A stretch of 64,000 nt of DNA, taken from a virus. The translations under genes were made by a program, and so were the position numbers. Positions 40,765-49,634 of this stretch are shown here, in pieces. Every line of letters begins with the position of its first letter. Positions within the stretch are counted from its first letter, which is position 1. Location: positions 40,266-104,265 of the IMG/VR virus record IMGVR_UViG_3300030329_005959. One strand, given 5' to 3'. Under the pieces are notes generated by a model that was given only the letters and a program-made list of their open reading frames with translations, was not told the origin of the DNA and made no database searches.

Positions 40765-41162
40765 GCTACAGCCTTAATCCTTTCTAGTTTCTTTACATCT
40801 GCTTCACAAGTTTCGGGAGTATAAATATTTATTTTTTTACTGTTTAAACTGTATATCAAAAAGGGTTGGCAGCAATTATCAGCCATTTTCACATCGAACT
40901 CGGACGCTGTTTCATCTCCTACTATATGACTGTGGAAAATAGCCACCATTCCGTAGGCATCCTTAAAGAGTAAATAATTTAAAGGATTAATTAAAAAAAG
41001 AGAAGAAGGGTCAGGTGCGATATTTTCTTCTTTTTGAATTACATATTGGTTTGAGTTGTAATCATATCCTACAAAGCCGCAAATTTCCTCTTTAAAATTT
41101 TTCTGAGAAATTTTCTTGATGTGTTCAAGCACTTGGTTTTCTTTTTTAAATCGTTCTTCCAT
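40761..41162 (-). CDS. Tail assembly protein K, JAB/MPN domain only
   Basis: EEICGF and AIFHSH...SEFD (JAMM motif); start uncertain. Confidence 0.8.
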   Translation of the reverse strand: MEERFKKENQVLEHIKKISQKNFKEEICGFVGYDYNSNQYVIQKEENIAPDPSSLFLINPLNYLLFKDAYGMVAIFHSHIVGDETASEFDVKMADNCCQPFLIYSLNSKKINIYTPETCEADVKKLERIKAVA

Positions 41163-43254
41163 GGCTAAATCCATCAGTTCCTGGGAACCCTCCAAATCGG
41201 GGGTTGGAGGGAGTATAGTTATCTAATCCTACGAAAGTTGAGGAGCTATAATCTTTAGTGACCCCTGAAAAAGCTCCGCTTCCTGTTAAGTGAAACTCAC
41301 CCGTATGGATATCGAGCATCCCACTATTAATAGCGGGACTCCCTGTCGTCCCGTCCCACCACGCGACCAAGCTGTCTTTGCCATACAAAAGTGGCTCTGT
41401 TCCTTCGGGCAATCCGTCACCCGTCCCCCCTGTCAATGTGCTCATCAGCCCTATGCACTCGCTGTATAATCGTGGAACATGAGTAAAAGAATTAGTTATT
41501 TCCCATGGAGAAACGATACGCTTTCTTAAAAAACGTATTTCTTCTTCCTTTAAAGCCCTCTTCCACAACCCCCACATTCCTAGATTTCCGTTCATTGTGG
41601 TAACATGCTTAGTCCCCTCAGGCCAGTTAAAAGGATCAACATCGGCGGTGGGGAAATATTCCACAGCTCCAAGCATAAACGTTTCTGGTAATGCTGCATA
41701 AGGTGTTCCGTCTGATTGCCAACCCTCATACCGTTGATTCCACGAAGCAAAGTTTCCTAAATTATTTTGTAAAACCTCTGCATCTATCGGCAAGAATTGC
41801 TTTACCCCATCTACAAAGAATTCTATCATTGTGGTAGCGTCATCTCCTTCTCCATTAATAAAAGGAGCTGTCCCCGTCCGATGTCTAATGATATATTGAC
41901 GCCATTCTTCATTCTCTTCTCTAGCTAGTTGCGGGGCACCTAAAGCTTGAGTGCGCCAAGCTGTTTCGTTAGTGTCTGTCGGATGAAGGGTGTGCCCAAT
42001 GTATTGAGCTTGGACATTGTAAGCGGGGCTTGAACTGAGGTTAATATTAAGGAATCTCCCCGCTGGCCACACCCCATTGTCGGCTTGAGAAGTGCTAAAA
42101 ACCCCCGCTCCCAACGGAGAGTTTTCATTGATGTTCGCCCACCCCACAATAGTCCAGTCACCTCTTGGATCTAACGCTCCAGTAACCTCAGGATCAGTGG
42201 TATGGAAAAGGCCGCTAAACTCTGGGGCTCCCCCTAATTGTGCCCCTGACAACTTAACACAAGGGAAAGATTCGGAGTTCTCACCCCCTGACCTAAAAAG
42301 CAATTGGTCTGCTGTGTTAAATCTCTTTCGGCACGCTGTTAACCTTTTAGTGCAACCATCTTTTTGCCAAAAACTGGGGTTTTTTTCAGGATGGTTTCCT
42401 GTGTTAAAATCTGCGACAGACACATAAACCGTCTTGAGAGGTGACCCAGCGGCATTGGGGTTTCCTCCACCATACGGGGGTAGTAAGATGGTGGGGCTTT
42501 CTACTATGACTATATCCCCTTTGCTATATCCTTTAGTTGCATTCCACCCGAGACTTTCATCAGCCAAAAAATCACTTTGGGATTGGTTTCCATCAGGATC
42601 AAGAGGGGCGTTATATTGAGGGACCACACCACTCCCACTTGAGTCTAGAAATGGTCGCCCATTTTCCATTTCCACGGGTAACCCTTGATAACGACATCCT
42701 TCCCCTCTATATTGCCAATAACAAAATCTACCTTGGACCCCTCTAGAATTAACACTAAAGTTTTCTATATCTAGGGGAGAATTCAGCTCAAACTCTACAA
42801 ATATCTTAGACTCTTGAGTCTTTCTCCCCATTATCCATTCCTCATCCAACAACTCAGCTTTACTATCGGCTACACCGAATGGGTTTCCTCCGTCAAAGTT
42901 GTCATCGTCTAAAAACTTAACTTGGACCTTTTTCCTGACGGTTTTTGCGTTTTTAAAATCTTTAAAATTTTGGAGTAGATTGGTGATAATATTATTTTTA
43001 TTACCAAGTCTTACTTTTGGGCGCGGCAACTTACCGTCTCCCAGCATATCAAATCCTTCGCTTTCGATAGCGATGGGCACATATTGGAGACCTTGCCATT
43101 TTATAGGGTCACTATAAATAGCCCCTCCATGAAAACCCACAAACAAGCTGGGCTTATTAATCCTATCGGGGTAAAACTTAAATAATTCAAGGACAGCTGT
43201 AGGCTGCAAATCTAGAAGACTACTTGCTGCCTTATTTTTTCCTTCTCCCGCCAT
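41146..43254 (-). CDS. Minor tail protein L with an inserted LamG-like domain
   Basis: CYWQYRGEGC, DGCTKRLTACRKRF and terminal FGGFPG. Confidence 0.88.
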   Translation of the reverse strand: MAGEGKNKAASSLLDLQPTAVLELFKFYPDRINKPSLFVGFHGGAIYSDPIKWQGLQYVPIAIESEGFDMLGDGKLPRPKVRLGNKNNIITNLLQNFKDFKNAKTVRKKVQVKFLDDDNFDGGNPFGVADSKAELLDEEWIMGRKTQESKIFVEFELNSPLDIENFSVNSRGVQGRFCYWQYRGEGCRYQGLPVEMENGRPFLDSSGSGVVPQYNAPLDPDGNQSQSDFLADESLGWNATKGYSKGDIVIVESPTILLPPYGGGNPNAAGSPLKTVYVSVADFNTGNHPEKNPSFWQKDGCTKRLTACRKRFNTADQLLFRSGGENSESFPCVKLSGAQLGGAPEFSGLFHTTDPEVTGALDPRGDWTIVGWANINENSPLGAGVFSTSQADNGVWPAGRFLNINLSSSPAYNVQAQYIGHTLHPTDTNETAWRTQALGAPQLAREENEEWRQYIIRHRTGTAPFINGEGDDATTMIEFFVDGVKQFLPIDAEVLQNNLGNFASWNQRYEGWQSDGTPYAALPETFMLGAVEYFPTADVDPFNWPEGTKHVTTMNGNLGMWGLWKRALKEEEIRFLRKRIVSPWEITNSFTHVPRLYSECIGLMSTLTGGTGDGLPEGTEPLLYGKDSLVAWWDGTTGSPAINSGMLDIHTGEFHLTGSGAFSGVTKDYSSSTFVGLDNYTPSNPRFGGFPGTDGFSHGRTI

Positions 43255-43295
43255 ATTTTTATTTACACTTTATTACCCTATTATATAATAAAGAA

Positions 43296-44021
43296 ATGAA
43301 AATTAAAGACCTAAACGACGCTGCCACAGTATGGCCCTTTTTTTACGATTACTCTGTGAGGTCTAAGCCCTATAGCGGCTGTGAGTCCCCGTCTGCTATC
43401 CTGAGGAAAGAAAAAATAAAAGGTTTCTTTGAGGATTTAGGGCACTCTTGTGAAATATACAGAGCGGAAGAAGATGGAGAGCCCTTTGGTTTCATGTTTA
43501 CCAAAGTAGAGAAAGATTTCATGTATCTCAGCTTTGCTTTCGGGATTAGTTCTAGCAGTAAATTCTCCCATACAAAATGGACGGAGTGTATTTACCGTCT
43601 TTTTGACTTACTTCTAGAAAAATACAAAAAAAATTATTTTGTAGCAGAAATAAGAAGAGAACACAAAGTGGAAGCATTTAAAAAGTGGATTGAAAAATAT
43701 CAAAAAAAAGCTATACTCTTTAAAGATCCAAAAAATACTATTGTTTGGTGTAAATCAGAACGTATGAGTGTAATATTTAAAGTTGTCGGGACAAATAAGA
43801 CAACAGAACATTTGATGGGCAAAGAAGCCTCGTTAGGATATACCCGTAAAGGGCCGCGTTGTGTAGTGCGGGAGCTTCTTTTCGAAGATCAGCGTTATAT
43901 TTTAGATGAAAAAAGTATTGACTTCCTTTCTGATCATGTTTTAATCCACGGGTTGCTGTCAGACGACAAAGAAAATGTCGGAAGAATAGCGCTTAAATTT
44001 GAGCCACAAAAGATAAAATGA
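43296..44021 (+). CDS. Hypothetical protein, possible GNAT-like N-terminus
   Basis: ATG 43296 lies 6 nt after TATAAT of a TTTACA-N16-TATAAT promoter. Confidence 0.6.
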   Translation: MKIKDLNDAATVWPFFYDYSVRSKPYSGCESPSAILRKEKIKGFFEDLGHSCEIYRAEEDGEPFGFMFTKVEKDFMYLSFAFGISSSSKFSHTKWTECIYRLFDLLLEKYKKNYFVAEIRREHKVEAFKKWIEKYQKKAILFKDPKNTIVWCKSERMSVIFKVVGTNKTTEHLMGKEASLGYTRKGPRCVVRELLFEDQRYILDEKSIDFLSDHVLIHGLLSDDKENVGRIALKFEPQKIK

Positions 44022-44215
44022 ATTGCGTTAACTATAGAGTATATAACCGCAAAGGACAATACCACCACTGCTACAGCCCATCTCTAGAGGGAGCTTTGGA
44101 TTGGGCAATCGACTGCGCTAAAGTAGTCCACGGATCGGTGCGAGAAGTTTATCCCGATGGAGAAGAAAAAGAGATCTTTTCAGTAAAAGAAAAAGCCAGT
44201 GCTAAAGGCAATTAA
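44018..44215 (+). CDS. Hypothetical protein
   Basis: 65-aa ORF with ATGA coupling. Confidence 0.6.
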   Translation: MNCVNYRVYNRKGQYHHCYSPSLEGALDWAIDCAKVVHGSVREVYPDGEEKEIFSVKEKASAKGN

Positions 44216-44453
44216 ATCACTTATAAAATCTGTAGAGCTTTTTTTGACTTTAAAAAACAAAAAGTTCTATTATGACTTACACAAAGAACACAGAAAAACA
44301 GAAGATGAACTTATTAAAGAAATCGAAAAACTTAGGGATACTGGTGATAGCAATGACGCTTCCCGCGCTGACCTCTTGCGGAAACGGCTCCGTATGGAAA
44401 ATGAGCAATTTGAACATTTATCAGCCTTCTACTCTAAGATTGAAGAAGAATAA
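44199..44453 (+). CDS. Coiled-coil protein, possible i-spanin partner
   Basis: Amphipathic N-terminus and coiled coil; overlaps a lipoprotein ORF out of frame. Confidence 0.45.
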   Translation: MLKAIKSLIKSVELFLTLKNKKFYYDLHKEHRKTEDELIKEIEKLRDTGDSNDASRADLLRKRLRMENEQFEHLSAFYSKIEEE

Positions 44454-44583
44454 CCCTGTTCATACCCAAGATGGCCTTTATACCCCTCAGACTGACGAAG
44501 TGTGGCACTCTGACGCTCGATATAGAGAACTAGAGAGAGAGGTTTACTACTTGCCACGGCATCAAATACTAGCTGACAAATAA
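44305..44583 (+). CDS. Lipoprotein (o-spanin-like)
   Basis: MNLLKKSKNLGILVIAMTLPALTS-C: basic n-region, h-region and lipobox LTSC. Confidence 0.6.
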   Translation: MNLLKKSKNLGILVIAMTLPALTSCGNGSVWKMSNLNIYQPSTLRLKKNNPVHTQDGLYTPQTDEVWHSDARYRELEREVYYLPRHQILADK

Positions 44584-44632
44584 TCCCATTTAGGGGTTGA
44601 CAAAGATTTTCCACTAACTAATATACATAAAT

Positions 44633-45322
44633 ATGAAGACACTACTGTTTAGTCTCGTAACACTGTTGGGCGTTACTCTTGGTAACGCAGGTCTTAGCGC
44701 TGTAGATCTTGCAGAAAACATTTCTGTGGACGCTAGCGTTTCTTACAGCAATCTTTCCACTAGTGGCGGCTTGGCTGTCAGGGAGGATTCTTTGGGTTAC
44801 TCCGTGCTTCTTGGCACTTCGTTTGAAGGTGGGGTTGCTTCGGTCGGCGTTGATATCTACGATGCTGACGGAGGAACTGACACTGACCTTTCGATTTCTT
44901 GGGCGCGTCCAGTAACTATTCTGGGGCAATCTCTTGAAGCAGAGATTTATTTTCAGCAAATCGAATCTTCTTACGGAGGTTGGGAGGAAGCTGGTCTTGG
45001 TCTGACCTATTCTAATGAATGGGCAGATGTAACTGCTACTTTGTGGCATGAACTAGGGACCGATGCTTCTTATGGAGTTGAAATCACTGTTTCCCGTGAC
45101 TTTACTGTTCCTGTAGAGAATCTTACCGTTAGTCCATTCGTTGCTGTAAATATTGCTAACGATTATAATGCAGTAGAGGTGGGGGTTTCTGCTGATTATG
45201 ATTTTGGTAACAATCTTTCTGTAGGTGCAAAAGTTTCTTATAACCACAATGATGTAGATGGATCTGCCTACTCCCTCGATAACGATTGGGTCGTAGGTGC
45301 AGGGTTTAACTACAAATTCTGA
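44633..45322 (+). CDS. Outer-membrane beta-barrel protein (TorF/TIGR02001-like)
   Basis: Signal peptide, alternating amphipathic strands, C-terminal AGFNYKF; own promoter (TTGACA 44597) and terminator. Confidence 0.8.
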   Translation: MKTLLFSLVTLLGVTLGNAGLSAVDLAENISVDASVSYSNLSTSGGLAVREDSLGYSVLLGTSFEGGVASVGVDIYDADGGTDTDLSISWARPVTILGQSLEAEIYFQQIESSYGGWEEAGLGLTYSNEWADVTATLWHELGTDASYGVEITVSRDFTVPVENLTVSPFVAVNIANDYNAVEVGVSADYDFGNNLSVGAKVSYNHNDVDGSAYSLDNDWVVGAGFNYKF

Positions 45323-45346
45323 TTGTAATCCCCAACAAATAATAAG

Positions 45347-45377
45347 AAAAGCCTCCCTTTTTTGGGAGGCTTTTTTT
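45347..45377 (+). terminator. Intrinsic terminator
   Basis: AAAAGCCTCCC-TTTTTT-GGGAGGCTTTTTTT. Confidence 0.85.
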
Positions 45378-45400
45378 GTATTCGGTGTAAATAAATAAAC

Positions 45401-45718
45401 ATGGAACCCGAAAAGTCTATTTTAAAGGAGTTTCTTAACGGCGGGTGGTTGGTCCCATTAGTGGGCGCTGCGGCGATGTTAGCTAGGCTTTTGTCGGGCA
45501 ACAATGAACTGTCGTGTAAACAGCAATTAAAAAGAATATTAACGGCAGCTATAGCTGCTGGTGTTGCTTGGTTTGTCTTAGAGCAAACTGATGTTTCGTC
45601 GTTAACCAAGGCTATTACATATGGCATTATCGGTGTTGTGAGCCCCGAAGTCATATCTGGTATAGTGCGACTAGGAGAAAAGTTCGCCAAGAACCCAGAA
45701 AAATTTATTAAAAAATGA
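45401..45718 (+). CDS. Putative holin (three TM segments)
   Basis: Three hydrophobic helices and a basic C-terminus; first gene of the unit ending in the endolysin. Confidence 0.65.
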   Translation: MEPEKSILKEFLNGGWLVPLVGAAAMLARLLSGNNELSCKQQLKRILTAAIAAGVAWFVLEQTDVSSLTKAITYGIIGVVSPEVISGIVRLGEKFAKNPEKFIKK

Positions 45719-46320
45719 GACCCAAGTTCATAGTCTATTGCCTCGCAGCTATTTGTTTAACTTTTGCTTTTAAAGGTTTGCTTCTCACTGAAGATATTGA
45801 CGAAACTCTAAAGGAAAACGCTCGCCAGTCTGAGTCCTCTATTATGGAAATAGGAATGTGCTTTGATTGGTATGGAGTTATTATAGTAGATTCTGTGGTT
45901 AAAACATCTAACGGTGTTATCACACCAGCAGAAATGGTGGAGGTTTTGGAAGAAGAGAGTGCCTATAAAGATGAGTATTTAGAAGGATACAAAAAAGATA
46001 TCACTCCTCAAGAGGTGGAGTTCGCTGAATTTGTTTTCGAACAAGAAAAAAAAATAAGCGTTTATGTAGAAAGGCTTATTGCTTGGGGAAAGGGTAACGA
46101 TATAGACAGTATCCGAGCTTCTATTCCTGTTATGTATGAAATGACTGACCCCACAATTGAGGCCATTAACAACATAATGGACACAAAAATGTATTACAAT
46201 GAGGAACAGTCAGCAATTCTTCACGGAAAAATAAAACTTTACTCTGACTTTATGATTTTAGCGGTTGTTCTATCGGTTGTAATGTCAGTGTGTGCGTCAC
46301 TTAGTAGGAGGTGTAGATGA
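45715..46320 (+). CDS. Two-TM membrane protein with a chemoreceptor-like four-helix-bundle (4HB_MCP-like) periplasmic domain and no signalling domain
   Basis: TM, then YGVIIVDSVVKTSNG...TPQE...MYEMTDPTIEAINNIMD, then TM and a short cytoplasmic tail. Confidence 0.55.
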   Translation: MRPKFIVYCLAAICLTFAFKGLLLTEDIDETLKENARQSESSIMEIGMCFDWYGVIIVDSVVKTSNGVITPAEMVEVLEEESAYKDEYLEGYKKDITPQEVEFAEFVFEQEKKISVYVERLIAWGKGNDIDSIRASIPVMYEMTDPTIEAINNIMDTKMYYNEEQSAILHGKIKLYSDFMILAVVLSVVMSVCASLSRRCR

Positions 46321-46937
46321 ATTTTAAAGGTAAAAAAGAAGTAGTCAAAGCAGTCCAAAAGCTTTTGGGTGTTTCTTCTGACGGGGCAGATGGCCCTGTG
46401 ACATGGAATGCTATCTTAGCTAAACTCTCCACAAAGGAAACTACAGCGCCTAAGGGGACCATTCCTGAAAAAATGGTTTCATTAGCAAGGGAAGAAATAG
46501 GAGTATCCGAAGTGGATGGCAGTAATTGTGGACCTAGAGTGGATGAATACAAAGCGGCTACATGGCTGGACGCTGATAAGGGTTGGCCTTGGTGTGCTGC
46601 CTTTATTTGTTGGTTAGTCAGGGAAGCTATGGAGGGAGAGGCCGTATCGTTTAAACGCCCTAGAACGGCGGGTGCATGGGATTTTGAAAACTGGGCTAAA
46701 CAAGAATCAAATAGAGGTGTAGAATTGCGTAAGCCTACAAACGAAGATATTAAAGCTGGTGATATTGTTGTGTTTACATTCTCTCATATTGGTATCGCCG
46801 TAGCTGACGTAGACTCAAGCGGTTACGTTAAAACTATTGAAGGTAATACCAATGGTGCTGGTAGCCGAGAGGGTGGCTCAGTCTTGGAAAAAAATAGGCA
46901 CGTTTCTAAGATCAGAAGTAGGATAAGAATTCTGTAG
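46317..46937 (+). CDS. Endolysin: PG-binding domain plus CHAP amidase/peptidase
   Basis: VQKLLGV..DG.DGP.T; PWCAAF, SHIGI and TIEGNT. Confidence 0.88.
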   Translation: MNFKGKKEVVKAVQKLLGVSSDGADGPVTWNAILAKLSTKETTAPKGTIPEKMVSLAREEIGVSEVDGSNCGPRVDEYKAATWLDADKGWPWCAAFICWLVREAMEGEAVSFKRPRTAGAWDFENWAKQESNRGVELRKPTNEDIKAGDIVVFTFSHIGIAVADVDSSGYVKTIEGNTNGAGSREGGSVLEKNRHVSKIRSRIRIL

Positions 46938-46980
46938 ATTTTTATTGACACCGAGGCTCAAACCTCTACTATTGGTGTTG

Positions 46981-47475
46981 ATGAAAGAACAAGCGATTCA
47001 AGTCCGCAAACAAGACATCCTCAAGTATGTATTGGGGGAGTCTGGTTACCATCCTATCGAGATCTCCCTTGATGAAGAGTATCTGCTCAATGAGAGATAC
47101 GAGGTTTTCGACCTCTTCATTTATGATTGTTCTTCGAAGAAAAAAATTGTTCAAGGAGTTGACTATATTAATTTCTTTAAAGAAGTTGATAAATTGAGAC
47201 AGAAAATATTGAGTGGAGAACACATAAGCAAGAGAGAAATCTTCTCGATGTGCGTTGAATTGGCTGAAATCGCCCCCAAGAAAGTTTTAATTGACAACTC
47301 TCTTGATTTGTCTGATATGCCTGTGGTTGACAGTGAGGCAATTAAAAAAGTATTTGGCTTAGATAAGCCTCGACCCAAGTTCGCTGATTTTAAAATGAGC
47401 GAAGAAGATCACGCCTTGGAAGAATACGAGGCAGAAAAAAGGAAACTATTTGATGGACTTGAAGAAGATGAATAA
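46981..47475 (+). CDS. Hypothetical protein
   Basis: ATG 46981 is 8 nt after TTGACA-N16-TACTAT (46945-46972). Confidence 0.6.
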   Translation: MKEQAIQVRKQDILKYVLGESGYHPIEISLDEEYLLNERYEVFDLFIYDCSSKKKIVQGVDYINFFKEVDKLRQKILSGEHISKREIFSMCVELAEIAPKKVLIDNSLDLSDMPVVDSEAIKKVFGLDKPRPKFADFKMSEEDHALEEYEAEKRKLFDGLEEDE

Positions 47476-47836
47476 ATTTTCAGAATTAGAAAGCAACGTA
47501 ATCCGTTGGGCGCAAGAACGAGGCATTTTTGATCGAGGGGATGCCTTGGCTCAGTTAGACAAGACAGAGGAAGAACTTGACGAAACAATCCATGCTGTAA
47601 AAGCTCTGCGAAACTGGGAGCTTGCTATGAAGCACGACCCCAAAAATGTTAACCCCCAAACAATAGAGTCTTTGAAGAATGAGGTCGCTGATGGCATTGG
47701 TGATATGCTGGTGACAATCATTATTGCGGCTGAAATGCTCAACCTTGAGAGTATCGAGTGTTTGCAGTTGGCCTACGATGAGATCAAAGACAGGACGGGT
47801 AAGATGGTGGGAGGCCAGTTTGTGAAAGACAAATGA
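47450..47836 (+). CDS. mazG: MazG-like nucleotide pyrophosphohydrolase
   Basis: WAQERGI, KTEEELDE, DGIGDMLV and AYDEIKDRTG; true start may be 47468. Confidence 0.8.
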   Translation: MMDLKKMNKFSELESNVIRWAQERGIFDRGDALAQLDKTEEELDETIHAVKALRNWELAMKHDPKNVNPQTIESLKNEVADGIGDMLVTIIIAAEMLNLESIECLQLAYDEIKDRTGKMVGGQFVKDK

Positions 47837-47973
47837 AGAAAAAACAATCATCCTCTTATCAAGAGAAAAAAAAGAAGAGTTTCAAAGGATTTAATTCTCG
47901 CAAGAAAACTTCTTTCCTGAAAGGAAGCAAACATTACAAGAAAAAATATCGCGGTCAGGGCAGAGTCAAGTGA
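47833..47973 (+). CDS. Small highly basic peptide (46 aa, KKYRGQGR) missed by the ORF track
   Basis: MKKKQSS...KHYKKKYRGQGRVK; ATGA/GTGA coupling on both sides. Confidence 0.65.
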   Translation: MKKKQSSSYQEKKKKSFKGFNSRKKTSFLKGSKHYKKKYRGQGRVK

Positions 47974-48497
47974 ACCTAGTTAATGACATTCCTATCACTG
48001 TCGATGATTTCGATCATGTAAGCTGCATTGTAGAAATCCCCAAGGATACTAATACAAAATACGAATATAACGAAAGATTAAATATCTTTGAGTTAGATAG
48101 GTGTTTAGTATCCTCTTTGCAATATCCAATAAACTACGGTTTCATTACTCAAACTTTAGCGTTAGATGATGATCCTTTAGATGTTCTGATTTTCAATCAT
48201 GATCCCATCGACAGGGCTAGTCTAGTCAGGTGCAGGGTGATGGGTGTGTTAGGTTTCGAAGATGGCGGTAAGATAGACAATAAGGTAATTGCCGTTCCCC
48301 ATTGGTCTCCTCAAGAAAAATATTCTAAACTTGGTGATATCGAATCCGCGCATCTAAAAATATTTAGGCAGTTTTTTAAAATATATAAAATAGATCGCAA
48401 CTCAGAAACTAAAGTAGGAGAGTGGAGATGCGCTAATACTGCTTTAAAAACAGTAAAAGAGTCACATCGCAGGTGGCTCAATGGAGCTTGGAATTAA
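47970..48497 (+). CDS. ppa: Family I inorganic pyrophosphatase
   Basis: VEIPK..NTKYE, LDR, YPINYGFI, DDDPLDVL and DNKVIAV. Confidence 0.92.
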   Translation: MNLVNDIPITVDDFDHVSCIVEIPKDTNTKYEYNERLNIFELDRCLVSSLQYPINYGFITQTLALDDDPLDVLIFNHDPIDRASLVRCRVMGVLGFEDGGKIDNKVIAVPHWSPQEKYSKLGDIESAHLKIFRQFFKIYKIDRNSETKVGEWRCANTALKTVKESHRRWLNGAWN

Positions 48498-48553
48498 AAA
48501 TTCTGTTGAAATTCTATAAAAAGTGTAGATAATAGTAACAACAAATAAATATC

Positions 48554-48742
48554 ATGGATGTCATTTTACAATTATTTCAGGATAACCCTTGGTTTGGCGT
48601 GGTAGCAGCTGGTATTGCCTTTGCTTCTGCTATTACTGCTGCTACTCCTACCCCTAAAAAGGGTAGCTTTTGGGCTAAAGTTTATGGGATCATCGACTGG
48701 GCTGCTCTGAACATCGGGAAAGCCAAAGATAAGGGAGAATAA
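48554..48742 (+). CDS. Small membrane protein (holin-like)
   Basis: TM followed by ASAITAATPTPK...IDWAALNIGKAK. Confidence 0.55.
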   Translation: MDVILQLFQDNPWFGVVAAGIAFASAITAATPTPKKGSFWAKVYGIIDWAALNIGKAKDKGE

Positions 48743-48760
48743 ATTACTTAATCTTTCATA

Positions 48761-48793
48761 AAAACCTCCGCCCCTTGTGGTCGGGGGTTTTTT
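48761..48793 (+). terminator. Intrinsic terminator
   Basis: AAACCTCCG...CGGGGGTTTTTT. Confidence 0.7.
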
Positions 48794-48828
48794 GTTGCTA
48801 TAATAGAGCCAACAGATATAATAAGCGT

Positions 48829-49362
48829 ATGATTTCAGATAAGGCACGGGGCTTGTCAGGCTCCAAGCATGTAGCTCACACTCAGAAGCTAATGGACGAG
48901 TCTACCGAAAGGTATCACCATTCTTGTTTGTCTGCTGGCCTGACGATCAAAAAAGCCACTAAAAAGCAGGACATTGGCCATGTCGATTTTGTAGTAGAGG
49001 GCGAGACTGTAGATTTAAAAGGATTAAAAAACTCTACCAGAGAGGGTAAAATCCTATTAGAATTCCTTAACGTTCTTGGTAAAACGGGTTGGTGCAATGA
49101 AAACGGCACCCCTTTGTGGATAGCTTTTGATTTTGGAGCTTTCTTCCTCCATGTTAAAAACATCGACCTCTATAACCTAGCAAAAGAAAAATGTGATTTA
49201 AGGGACACCGTTAGCCGAGTAGACGCTTGCCTCCACAAAGGATATCGCCGCAAAGGAAGAAAAGATTTAATGTCAATGGTTCTTTTGAAAGATGTTCTGG
49301 GGAGTTGCGAGCATTGGTTTTTGCCCTACACAAAATACCAAATACCTATTGAAGAAATTTAG
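48829..49362 (+). CDS. PD-(D/E)XK-like nuclease-fold protein
   Basis: HVDF...VDLKG...ILLEF.NV.GK.GW; promoter TTGCTA-N16-TATAAT ends 6 nt upstream. Confidence 0.6.
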   Translation: MISDKARGLSGSKHVAHTQKLMDESTERYHHSCLSAGLTIKKATKKQDIGHVDFVVEGETVDLKGLKNSTREGKILLEFLNVLGKTGWCNENGTPLWIAFDFGAFFLHVKNIDLYNLAKEKCDLRDTVSRVDACLHKGYRRKGRKDLMSMVLLKDVLGSCEHWFLPYTKYQIPIEEI

Positions 49363-49376
49363 GTGTAATAGAAAGT

Positions 49377-49634
49377 ATGTCTAAAACAGTTCGACAATTA
49401 ACAATGGAACAAAACGGTGTTCCAGGTGGTCAATATGTGACAGGGGACACTACCGATGTCACGGGGAATTGGTTTGCTATTCAAGCGTTAGAAGCGACAA
49501 CCATGAACGATGGAACCACTTCTAATCTGGAAAACATAGGCTCCTCTTCGGGTGTTATTCCTGCTGGCTCTACTATTTTTGGTGATTTTACCGTTATCAA
49601 ATGTTCTGGCAAAGCCATATTGTATAATGCTTAA
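49377..49634 (+). CDS. Small beta-rich probable virion protein
   Basis: FAIQALE...IPAG.TIFG.F; GTGTAA motif 8 nt upstream. Confidence 0.6.
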   Translation: MSKTVRQLTMEQNGVPGGQYVTGDTTDVTGNWFAIQALEATTMNDGTTSNLENIGSSSGVIPAGSTIFGDFTVIKCSGKAILYNA

